Assembly: GCF_001194135.2 (NCBI RefSeq)
Contig: NC_068984.1
Span: 54,696,932 to 54,760,931 of the forward strand
Origin: Octopus bimaculoides
Lineage: Eukaryota
Direction of reading: 5' to 3'
DNA length: 64,000 nucleotides
In this document: positions 36,826-47,559 of the stretch, piece by piece
Position numbering within the stretch: the first letter of the stretch is position 1
Layout: every line of letters begins with the position of its first letter
Made by a program: the position numbers and the translations under genes
The notes under the pieces: model-generated
What the model was told of the DNA's origin: nothing
The model's database searches: none
What the model saw: the letters and a program-made list of their open reading frames with translations, nothing else

Positions 36826-37064
36826 TAATACAGACGAAACCTTTGAATACTTTCCGCAAAATTGTTTTGGAAGATAACAGCGTATGTTAATGACAGTTTC
36901 TGTTATAGACAAATGTTAGCATCTTGCAAGAAATTTTAAGAACGATATATTTCACTATTTCTAACTATAGCACTAGATTATATATTTGTCACACACGACA
37001 TTGAAAAGTAACATCGATTTGCATTAGAACCTTTGGTTACAAGAAAATGTGCTGTTCTTCTTAA

Positions 37065-37345
37065 GGGTATTCGTCTCACGATCGTAAGGTTGTGAGTTCG
37101 ATTCCCGGCGGTGCGTTGTGTCCTTGAACAAGACATTTTATTTCACATTGCTACTGTCCAATCAGCTGGCTAAAATGAGTCGTACCTGTAATTGGAAGGG
37201 CCGGCCTTATCACATCGTGTGCCACGCTGAATCATCCCGGGAACTACGTTAACAGTACGTGTTTCTCAGGAGTAGTCATCCATTTACTCGTTAATTCATG
37301 AGCAGACTGTTTCGTTGATCGGATCAGCCGGAACACTCGTCGTCG
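37065..37345 (+). mobile_element. SINE family C variant
   Basis: CACGATCGTAAGGTTGTGAGTTCGATTCCCGGCG..GTGTCCTTGAACAAGACATTTTATTTCAC..CTCGTCGTCGTAACTGACGG. Confidence 0.75.
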
Positions 37346-38199
37346 TAACTGACGGAGGGTCAGTTTTACTAGAACTTGCACATTACCTATTTTTCAGGAC
37401 TGATCTGATTCTGTTCTTTAAGTTTTCTGGAGGAAAGTCAAAATCCTGTAATGACCAACGATCAAGCAGGCCCGCAATGTCAATACGTATTTTGGTTTGC
37501 TTCCTGAGACTATTGTATGTTCGTTGAAGTTATACTCCTAAACTAAATTAGCCTGTTGAATACATATTTAAATAGCGAGACTATTCGCATAATGCAAATT
37601 TATATAACACAATAAATTTGTATTTAAAGGAAGGATTAAATTAGTCAAGAATTTAGAATTATCAAAAACATACTACATTACATAGAAACAGTAATATTAT
37701 ATTCTGTCAGTTATAGAGGTGTTAGCTGTCTGTCAAGCTTTTAAAGAAAGGCATTCTTGCTGGACCAGATATTTCATATGCAAATTTTACTTTTTGTAAC
37801 AATGTAAACGTTAGATCCAAGCAACACCTGAGGTACATTAGGGGCGTCCCTATATATTTAGTAGGTGTTAATTACGAACCGTATGTTGATGATTAGATAT
37901 TAGATATTGGCACGTTGCTCTGGTCAGTACTAATTAAGGAAGTTTATGGCTATTCAGTCGAATGACTACGTGCAACCCACGAATCTATCGCTTTAGAAGC
38001 ATCCTGTTTCCATTATTCAGATCCATGCACCACGGTCCGATTTGTAGCGATGAATTTTGAACGTCTGGGCTCGTACTTAGTCCATTGTCTATTATCCAGT
38101 CTATTCCTATATGGACGTAGGCTCAGATTATTGTCATAGCGGAGAACAGGGGGAGCTTGGTCAGAGTATTCTAATTATTGGAGTTATTCTAAGATATCT

Positions 38200-38560
38200 T
38201 GTGCACATGGAAGTCTTCTACAGTAATAGTGTTTGGTGATACAGTTGTGGTGTTAGTCTGGTAGAAATCGCAGTGAAGTTGGCAATGGTTAGTAGTATGT
38301 TGTTTCCCAATATTGAAAGTGTGTCATTTCATGTTTTATGTGCTGGATGCATAAATGTGTGTAAGAGATTGCAATTAGAATTTAGCCTACATACCCATAT
38401 CAAGATTTTCAAGGACCCTGTACTGGACATGTATTCTTTTGTTCATGTAACAATACTATGTGAATTTTATGGGTGATGATGTATTTTAAAGTTTATGGAA
38501 ATAATTTCTGGGCTGACCGTGTTGTTGCATGTTCAACTTATAAATGGTGAGGTAATATAC
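38200..38560 (-). mobile_element. Probable Penelope-like C-terminal fragment, highly decayed
   Basis: Minus-strand remnants ..EQKNTCPVQGP.. resemble the Cys cluster (CPxxGxC) before GIY-YIG in second-type PLEs. Confidence 0.3.
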
Positions 38561-38881
38561 ATTGATTATTTTGTTGTAGAGTATTTTGTGAGTGATGTTC
38601 TTTGATTTTAATGCTTATTACTTTGGTTGGCATTGTTGTAGAATATGCAGTGACAGTATTGTTTTACATAGATACTTTAAAACGACGATAATGGCAGCAC
38701 TTTTTGTAAATTATAAATTTTCGAATGCTTTTTCAATGTTCTTATTATCCGTTTTGTGCGAAAGCATTGCTTATAAATTTTCAAATGCTAGCTTTTGATC
38801 ATATTGCGTTCTGTGCGCTTTTTTTCAGTTGAAATTTTAACGTTTGGGCAAAATTCCACTCTGTGATAAGCTCATTCTTTC

Positions 38882-39031
38882 TTACATTATTTACATTTGA
38901 CGAATATTTGTCCTCATCTTGTTTGTTGTTAACACAACATTTCGGCTGATATACCCTCCAGGATTCATCAGGTGTCCTGGAGAAATTTCGAACCTGGGTC
39001 CTCATTCTTGAGGTATTTTTCGATGTTGTTG

Positions 39032-39101
<70 letters not shown>

Positions 39102-39128
39102 AGTCACTGCCCGAAATCGAACTCGGAA
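38882..39128 (-). mobile_element. Hammerhead-bearing SINE (family D), copy 2, with B-box remnant
   Basis: Minus strand TTCCGAGTTCGATTTCGGGCAGTGACTTG-(AAT)n-ACATCGAAAAATACCTC..GACACCTGATGAATCCTGGAGGGTATATCAGCCGAAATGTTGTGTT..GTAAATAATGTAA. Confidence 0.8.
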
Positions 39129-39170
39129 AAGGCAGTGACCTGAATAATGATGATGATGATGATAATAATG

Positions 39171-39228
<58 letters not shown>

Positions 39229-39230
<2 letters not shown>

Positions 39231-39784
39231 GCCCGGATGCAGTACCAAGCAGTGGCTCTCATGGCTTGTAATTTTAATTGATTGGAAGTGTTATCATGTA
39301 CATTGTTTTGTCTTGGTATAAAGGATGGGCTACAGCAAATATTCTGCTCAATACCACAGATATGTTTGTCAGTTGTTTGACCTTAACCAGTTGAGCATGT
39401 CCCGTCGTGGCTGACGATATGTGTATCTCTGATCATGAGCAGAAGTAGTGAGGGAGCATCATAGCAATGTGTTGAGAGGAAATCTTTGGGGCTTGAATAA
39501 TTGACCTTTGGAAACATGGGTGTTTTGCTCAACATCCTTAAACAAACCTTTTCCAGGGACCTTTTGAGCAGGATGGGCTACTCGACCTGAAGAAAATTCT
39601 AACTGGGCTCCACCTACGAGGTCATGCGCTGTTTATCTTGATATGAGATCACCATGTCGCGCACATATGGTTGTGATGCATGTGCCCGGTGTACCCTTGT
39701 CAGACGGGTAGTCATGATGGGTATAATGGGCTTCGTATATTTTACCCCAGTGTCACTTTGATGGCATGCACAGCTCTCTCACTC
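39229..39784. mobile_element. 556-bp non-coding insertion bounded on both sides by (AAT)n
   Basis: Starts ATGCCCGGATGCAGTACC and ends GCTCTCTCACTC. More GC-rich than its flanks; no recognisable coding content or TIR. Confidence 0.7.
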
Positions 39785-39797
39785 AATAATAATAATA

Positions 39798-39881
<84 letters not shown>

Positions 39882-39928
39882 TCGAAAAATACCTCAGGAA
39901 TGAGAACCCAGGTTCGAAATTTCCCCAA

Positions 39929-39974
39929 GATACCTGATGAAGGCTGGAGGATATATCAGCCGAAACGTTGTGTT
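39929..39974 (+). ncRNA. Minimal type I hammerhead ribozyme motif
   Basis: Stem I GATAC/GTGTT, core CTGATGA (39934-39940), extra A, stem II GGCTG/CAGCC, GAAAC (39962-39966), palindromic AACGTT in place of stem III, predicted cleavage after GUU (39969). Confidence 0.65.
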
Positions 39975-41902
39975 AACAACAAACAAGATGAGGACAAATA
40001 TCCGTCAAATGTAAATAATGTACAAGATGAGGACAAATAACAAACAAGATGAGAACAAATATCTGTCAAATGTAAATAATTCCTCATCTCTTAAATATAG
40101 AACTGTGTTATTCTTTCTAAGTTAATCATTTTAGAATTCGATTTTTCTAGACAACTGTGATAATACTTTGAGGACGACGCTGCTATTTTTAGCAGATCGA
40201 GCCGCCACCACTGAGACAATTGTTCGTTAAATATTTATTTATTAGCATGTTAACTATTTGAGTTATTATTGTCTAAGGTGAGTCAGCTTTCTGATACCTG
40301 GCATGTTTTAGAGGTATATCATTGCTAGGCTTTGACCTTTGCTGCTGTAGTACGATGGTGAAATTAAATACCATCATATTTGTCGTGCAGTCTATTCTAA
40401 CGTTGTATACACTGGCATTTTATTTCCGTCTTTGTTGTATCGTTGTTTCTGCTGATGTATCTCTAATATTGATATGACGTCATTGTTCCTGCTAAAATTC
40501 CTTCTATTTCTCCATATTTTCAGACGCATTCTTTTGATGTTAGTGGTAACTACAGGCGTACTAATAGTGATTGCACATATGAAAACCTATATTTCTATCT
40601 AGTATGGTAGTAATTTGATGTTAATAAAAAAGCATTATTGTTCTTGCGTATTCTTTGAAATAGATGTATTTTCCGTCAGAATTGCAAATATACGCAAATT
40701 TAAATATATAAGCAGGTATCGTTATAACTGAATTAATTTCTAGCTTCTATCTAAACTGTATCCCAAACCTAATCACCATTGTTACCATTACTTTCGTCGT
40801 ACCATTACTTCCATCACTACCTCCTTACAACTAAACCAATACATGCACCATCCCTATCATCATTGTAACTACTACATTACTTATCTTTCATCACAACACC
40901 ACTTCCACCACTTCTATCAAAACACCATTGCTAACACCACTATTAACCCTGTCACCGTGTTTGATCATGGTTAACTTGGTGGTAAACGACAAACATTAAT
41001 ATACTATCAGCATTGTCACCTTCACCTCTGAAAAACCACCCATTCTAATTTTTTTTTAAAGCTGGCATGTTATTTTAGAATCTATTATTGAGTGAAGTAT
41101 ATACATATTTATTTGATTTGTGTTGGGATCAAACGTTCTCAGTATCCTGTAATAAAATATTTAATCTAGACATTATTTGTGTCATGTTCAGGGTACAAAA
41201 ATGATGAGAAAATAGATATTATAGCAAGTCTAGATAACAAAAGATAAAATATTTTATATTAACATGCATATATTATTTTGATTTCGTGTGGTCATGATGA
41301 ACAACATATCACTTACAGGTAATATTCAGAACAAGATCGCATTTTATGCTTTATTAAGAATCTATGGATTCTTTGTTCATACACACAACAAGAAGTCTGT
41401 TATGGTTTCTTGTATCTAGAGGACGATTGGAAAAGATTCAGGATCTTGATTGTTTCTAGCAAACATTTTCATGGCTACAAATACATGGGTTGAGTTACAA
41501 AGGTAAAGTTCTTATATCCTGGCACGCCTTGAGAGCAATTAAAAATGGCCAGAGCCCTCTAGAGTTACGATAATTCAATAAAGGCTAATGTATGTCGTAA
41601 ACATATCATTTAAGTGAGAAAATAGGAAAATACACAAGAATTGACTCTATTCGAAGTATTATAGTATAAAGACAGAAGCTGTCTTCGGCTACTAAACTGT
41701 GCTGATCCCAAGGAAGTCATATAAACGGTAAAATTAATATATTGCCCATCGAAATTGCTCATTCACTTCTATTAGAATGTTAGTCTTGATGGAATACATA
41801 TGTATGAACAGTTACACAAATATGTCATCATCAGAAACGAAGCACACGCACATATATGTCATGTATACACACTGCGCGCTTGACGCGTGCGCACAAATAC
41901 AC

Positions 41903-41962
<60 letters not shown>

Positions 41963-42975
41963 ACACACACACACGCGCTCTTATTTTAATTTGTTTCTAG
42001 AAACATAAAGTAAGAAGTAATTAATATATTTAATGTCTCTCTACATATATTGATTTCTCATTAAGATCAACAGTTGAGATTTATAGAAGAACTGTAAGTT
42101 TTGATAGTAATGTCATTCCCATTGGCTTTCGTTAGAAATGTAAATGCATTGAAATGACTTTATTTAGTCTGAAATGGAAACAGGTTCGAAGATTCGAACG
42201 ACTGAGAGTTTACCTCTAAGTCCAATGTGCTCACCGAGAGCCCCTACCGTTTTAAGTAAAGTTGAATTAGATAATGTAGATTTTCATATCCTTCACACGA
42301 TAGGATAATCAGTTCTATAATACTTTCACTTTCTTTCCCAAGTCTGACTCCAAGGAAAGAAAAGCAAGAAGAAAACACACACACANNNNNNNNNNNNNNN
42401 NNNNNNNNNNNNNNNNNNNNNNNNNNNNNNNNNNNNNNNNNNNNNNNNNNNNNNNNNNNNNNNNNNNNNNNNNNNNNNNNNNNNNNNNNNNNNNNNNNNN
42501 NNNNNNNNNNNNNNNNNNNNNNNNNNNNNNNNNNNNNNNNNNNNNNNNNNNNNNNNNNNNNNNNNNNNNNNNNNNNNNNNNNNNNNNNNNNNNNNNNNNN
42601 NNNNNNNNNNNNNNNNNNNNNNNNNNNNNNNNNNNNNNNNNNNNNNNNNNNNNNNNNNNNNNNNNNNNNNNNNNNNATATATATATAAATATATATATAT
42701 ATGGGAACAGGTTAATAACAGCATAACTGGGAGTGGGTACTTAGTCTCACTATTTATGCCTTGACAGTAAGGAAAGGCAACGCTGCTGCTATGTAATAGA
42801 TAATTTGGTAATCGCTGTTGTATCCAACCGTCATCAGAATTATTTTGTCTTTGTAGAGAAGATACTTATACATCTAACTCTAACCCGATTTATCCAGTTC
42901 TAAGTAAATTTAGAACTTTATTTGCCGAAATACTTTGCAAATGACACCATCTGCAATTGCAAGTGCGATCATTAC

Positions 42976-43006
<31 letters not shown>

Positions 43007-43131
43007 CATACATACATACATGCATACATACATATGTGTGTATACACACATACATACAAACACACACACATCTTTCATACATATACATCATATATATATG
43101 TATACATTTATGTATGCATGCATGTATCTCC

Positions 43132-43247
<116 letters not shown>

Positions 43248-44419
43248 CGATACATTAATTTCTCTTTTCTTGACTTCGTTCCCTATTATCTCTGCATGTC
43301 TTTTTTTCAAATTTGGCAGCCAGCTTCTCAAAGTGGTATTTGCCAGATTCCTTATTAATAATTATCTCCTACTTCTCCTGATTTTTACCATCTCTCTACA
43401 TTGTTTAAAATTGATGGCATTGTCGTTGATTACCGTCTTTGAAAGCTGTCCAACAGATGTCATTTTGTAACTTTCTTCTTATTTTTCACTATTTTCTCCT
43501 TACCCTCTACTTTTCTCCTATTATCTCCCCTTTCCTACCTATTCTTATTCTCAACCTATTCTATTTAATTTTATCAGAAAACATCTCTCTTCATTTAAGG
43601 GTACTATCTGAAACTTTAGACTTGATTGTTTCTCACGGTAAATTAATTTATTCCAAATTTGAATTGTTTATGCTTATTAATTACCGCTGTAGATACTAGT
43701 TTCTTCAGATTCTACTACTTAGCTGTAATTCCCCAGCTAGTGTTTTGCTTCCTTGCTCTCTCCCTGCAACTAATCCTCTTAACATGGAAGATGTTGTGTA
43801 ATTTTCTCCTCTCTGTCTTTGTTGATAACTTCAACGACCTACTACGGTTACAGGACAAATTGCCCATCACAATATGTTTTGAGTTTGAAAATTGAATAGC
43901 AGTAATATGCAGAAATATATTCAACTAATCTTATTTATCCCCCATTAAAAATATCAATAATATGTACAACTAGAGTAAAGTATTTGATATTTTGTAAAGT
44001 GGCAAGATTAATATTAAATGTTGCTGAATACATAGATACTAAATGTACATATTACATATGGCAGTCAGCTTCTCACTGTGGTATTTTTCGGAGCCATCAT
44101 TAATTAGTACTCAGGTCAACAATTTTTTTTTCTCTCACCTAGGGGCTTATTGACGCACAGAATCCGAAAATAACATCCATTTATTAAAACTACATCAAGG
44201 TTTTAAGATGACGGAGCCATAGAATTTCCTTGTTTTGCCAATGGAACAGCTTATGATTTGCAAGGCATAACACACAAACACATAGAAATTGGCTTTTCTT
44301 CAAAACCAGAATGTTTTCTTAAATTTCTACTGAAAATCCAGTAAAAATCTTAACATTTCTACAGACAAATTACATCATTGTTTATGCGTAATTACCCATG
44401 AATTTGCGTTTGGATGGTT

Positions 44420-45130
44420 ATCTTGAGTGCTTGAGTTCTAGCAGTAGTCTGCCGTCATATGCAACTCCCATCTGGTTGGATACTTTTGTTCCATTGATTT
44501 TATGTCCCGAGAGTAGAGTTTTCCCTGCTCGACGTTTGTGTTACCAAATTTTTTCAGGGAATTTATCAAGGTGACTGTAGGACTAGTTTCCCTTTAGATT
44601 CATATTTAAAAGTTCTCGAACATGTTGTCGACCATTTCAGCATAGTTGCCTGCTTTCTTGTTGCCAAGAAAGTAATTTGCAATTGTTAAAATTGCTTCAA
44701 TGCTATTTATTGAATTTACTTAATCCCTAGCTTTGAGTGAGCACAGGCTAATATATTTCCATTATGAAGCAGAACACATTTCAAATTTCTTTTCGAGCTA
44801 TCAATAAAAAGACGCCAATCATTTGCATTGTATTACGCTAATCCCATCCTCTTAATCAGTCCCTCAGTGTCTGTCCAATACACTAACTCATTGTCTTATG
44901 TGAAGAACAGAAGAAATTTAACGCATCTAGTGCGAAAGGAGGTGACTTTGGTTTCTTCTTTAAGAGGGTTTTTTCCCTTTAATCGAGTCGCAAGAACCTT
45001 TGCAGATAATTTTGATAAGTGTAAGCCCCTTACCTAGTCACTGAGTTCATTTTGGTCAAATAGCAGTGGATCTGATGAGCTGGCTTCTTCTGGCTCGGTT
45101 CATACTTCTTGGTCATCAAACTCGCGAAGT
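44420..45130 (-). mobile_element. Chapaev-like (CMC superfamily) transposase remnant with internal deletion
   Basis: LFDQNELSD.VRGLHLSKLSAKVLATRLKGKN..NDWRLFIDSSKRNLKCVLLHNGN joined at about 44730 to ANYFLGNKKAGNYAEMVDNM..EQG..DIKSMEQKY..RW..MTADYC. Confidence 0.7.
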
Positions 45131-45284
45131 TTTGTACCAAATTTCACTAGTAAACAATGGGTTTTTCTGAAACATTAGGAAACTGGCAAAAGACGTGATG
45201 GTAATTAAGTTCGTGAAAGAAGGAAAGAAAACAATAAAGCCAGCAAAAACAATACATAACTTGTTGCAATGATCTCAACCATGG

Positions 45285-45835
45285 GATATGAAAGTGGACT
45301 TAGGGGAGAGATTGCAGTTTCCCCAGGTTGTACATACAACCCTGAGGCCAGATGTGGTCCTGTGGTCTGAAAAGGCCAAGAAAATTATCGTAATTGAACT
45401 AACAGTCCCGTGGGAAGAGGGTTGTGATGAGGCCCATGAACGGAAGCATGCCGGATATGAGAGCCTTCTGCAGGATTGCAGGGAGAAGTGATGACAGCTA
45501 TGGCTTTTTCCCAGTTGAGATTGGCTGTAGGGGATTCCCTGCCCAGTTGGCATGGAGGATTCTTACAGCAATTGGAATGAGAGGTAAGGAGTGAAGGGTG
45601 ACTGTGTGCAGGATGGGAGAGGCAGCTGAAAGAGCCTCTTGCTGGCTTTGGTGTAAGAGAGAAGAGTTAAGCTGGAAGCCAGGAGGAGTTGAGGAGCAGT
45701 GTCTTGGACATCTCTGCTGACCCACCAACGGGATGGTATTCCGGTTCAGGGTCGAACGATGGATACCGTCTGTCGACATCAGTTCCTCCTGGCCAAGGCT
45801 CCATCCACTTTGGTGAATGGATAAAGCATCTCCTG
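45285..45835 (+). mobile_element. HERO-like non-LTR retrotransposon, RLE domain and 3-prime UTR
   Basis: LQFPQVVHTTLRPDVVLWSEKAKKIIVIELTVPWEEGCDEAHERKHAGY..FPVEIGCRGF..EAAERASCWLWCKR (PD..(D/E)xK-type RLE). Confidence 0.85.
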
Positions 45836-45925
45836 ACAGGTGTTAACACATACATACACACACACACACATACATAATACATACATACATACATACACAC
45901 ACACATACACACACACACACACACG

Positions 45926-46175
45926 CACGCATCGACTTACGACTTAAGACCATCCGCACTTACGACCACCCCAAAAAAATAGGGAAATAAAAAAAAATAA
46001 AAAATTGATTTTCGAACGTTCAGCAGCTGCGCACACGTTGATTATGGCAGTATCTGGCAAAGCAGCCTTCCCTCAGATCCAGGCATCCACTGCCTACCAC
46101 TGTCCGACATACGACCAGATCCACTTAAGTCTTGACAGTCGGAATGGAACTCGGTCATAAGTCGAGGAGAAGGTG
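45926..46175. mobile_element. pogo/Tigger-like MITE
   Basis: Left TCGACTTACGAC, right GGTCATAAGTCGAGGAGAAGGTG followed by TA; internal ACTTACGACC and ACATACGACC subrepeats. Confidence 0.55.
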
Positions 46176-46377
46176 TATAAATATACAGGTGTGTGTATGT
46201 GTATGTGTGTGCGTGTTTGTGAATGTGTAAGCGGAATAATACTCTCAGTGATTTCTTCGGCGTTTCGACCAGCTAAGCCATCATCGGACTGTAACTCATT
46301 TAAGTTAATCTTGAATTTATATAGTCTGTGTTAAGTTATGATTTTTTAGAGTAACATAATTTCTTTTGAACAGCTTT

Positions 46378-47520
46378 AGGCGCCAGCGTGGCTGTGTGAT
46401 AACAAGCTTGCTTCCCAACCACGTGTTTCCGGGTTCAGTCGCCACGGTAAAGCCTTGTAAATGGATTTGGCAGACGCAAGCTGAAAGGAGCCCGTCGTGT
46501 ATATATATATATATATGTATATATAATACAAAAATGGGGCAAGAACGCAACACATCCAGACAGTTAGGTGAAACAAGAAAGGTACAACAAAATATCGAGA
46601 CAGATGATATAAGGAAAACAAGGACGGATCATTCGGAGTTTTCTATCCTCAGTCGAGTTCCAGATTATCTTTGCAATTTCGTCTGGTTATCCTCGAGATC
46701 GCGCCAATCTGGCCAGCCCCAATGAAAAAATAAGCTAAGTGCATTACATTCATTGGAAGAAAGCAGCAAATGTATACGAAAACAAGAACGGAATAAAACA
46801 GAGAAATGTTACACAAATACAAATAACAGGACATAACAACAGGTGTCTTTCGACTAAGGACGAAATAAATTAAGCTGGCGTGTGTGGAAGTAAAGCCTTG
46901 AGTCCTTGTAGGCGAAGTTCCCGAGTGGTTGTGTTAGATGCAATTGTACAGATCCTTTCTGCTTGATTGAATGGGATATTTATTTTGGTGTGTTTAGGAA
47001 GGCATGAACTGAAAACGAAATACTGCTTTGAGTCTGTTGGTTTGTAGTAAATGTCAGTTGCAATTTGGTTGATGGACCTTTTTACTGAATCTTCAGTATC
47101 TTTGCTCTCTGTATATTTTTATATTTCTCTCTCTCTCTCTCTCTCTCTCTNNNNNNNNNNNNNNNNNNNNNNNNNNNNNNNNNNNNNNNNNNNNNNNNNN
47201 NNNNNNNNNNNNNNNNNNNNNNNNNNNNNNNNNNNNNNNNNNNNNNNNNNNNNNNNNNNNNNNNNNNNNNNNNNNNNNNATATATATATATATATATATA
47301 CATATGTCTGTCTTTGTGTCTTTATATCTGTGTTTGTCCCCCACCACCGGTTTTGGTGTGTTGACTTCCCCGTAACTTAGCGGTTCGGCGACAAATACCG
47401 GTAGGTAAGTAGTAGGCTTAACAAAATAAGCACTGAGGTCGATTCATTTAGCTAACACTTCTTCAAGGAGGAGTCCCAGCTTTGTCAAAGTCTAATGACT
47501 GAAACAGCTAAAGTAATAGT
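46378..47520 (+). mobile_element. SINE family A with a Penelope-like fragment nested in its internal microsatellite
   Basis: Left half 46378-46505, (TA)n, PLE sequence, (CT)n/gap/(TA)n, right half 47305-47520. Confidence 0.7.
46520..47105 (-). mobile_element. Penelope-like fragment related to 14930-16420
   Basis: GTTGTGTTAGATGCAATTGTACAGATCCTTT..GAATGGGATATTTATTTTGG..GGCATGAACTGAAAA (46930-47060) is nearly identical to 15720-15860. Confidence 0.7.
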
Positions 47521-47559
47521 TAAAAAGATGAAAATAACGATAAAGAAGCTCAATGGTAT

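Larger units (their letters stand above)
39131..40105 (+). mobile_element. Hammerhead-bearing SINE (family D), copy 3, split by a 556-bp insertion; tandemly repeated 3-prime end
   Basis: GGCAGTGACCTG-(AAT)n-[insert]-(AAT)n-ACATCGAAAAATACCTCAGG..; the ACAAACAAGATGAG.ACAAATATC.GTCAAATGTAAATAAT unit is repeated at 39978-40080. Confidence 0.8.

Noticed and set aside
42811-42837. CTGATGA-CGGTTG..CAAC (minus) and CTGAAGA-GGGT at 47665-47690 (minus) as further hammerheads
   Set aside because: The GAAA core half is absent; too degenerate to call.
44153-44340. Exon-like segment after TTTTTTCTCTCACCTAG (DDGAIEFPCFANGTAYDL..)
   Set aside because: Stops occur in all three frames near the acceptor; it is adjacent to the Chapaev-like remnant and probably part of it.
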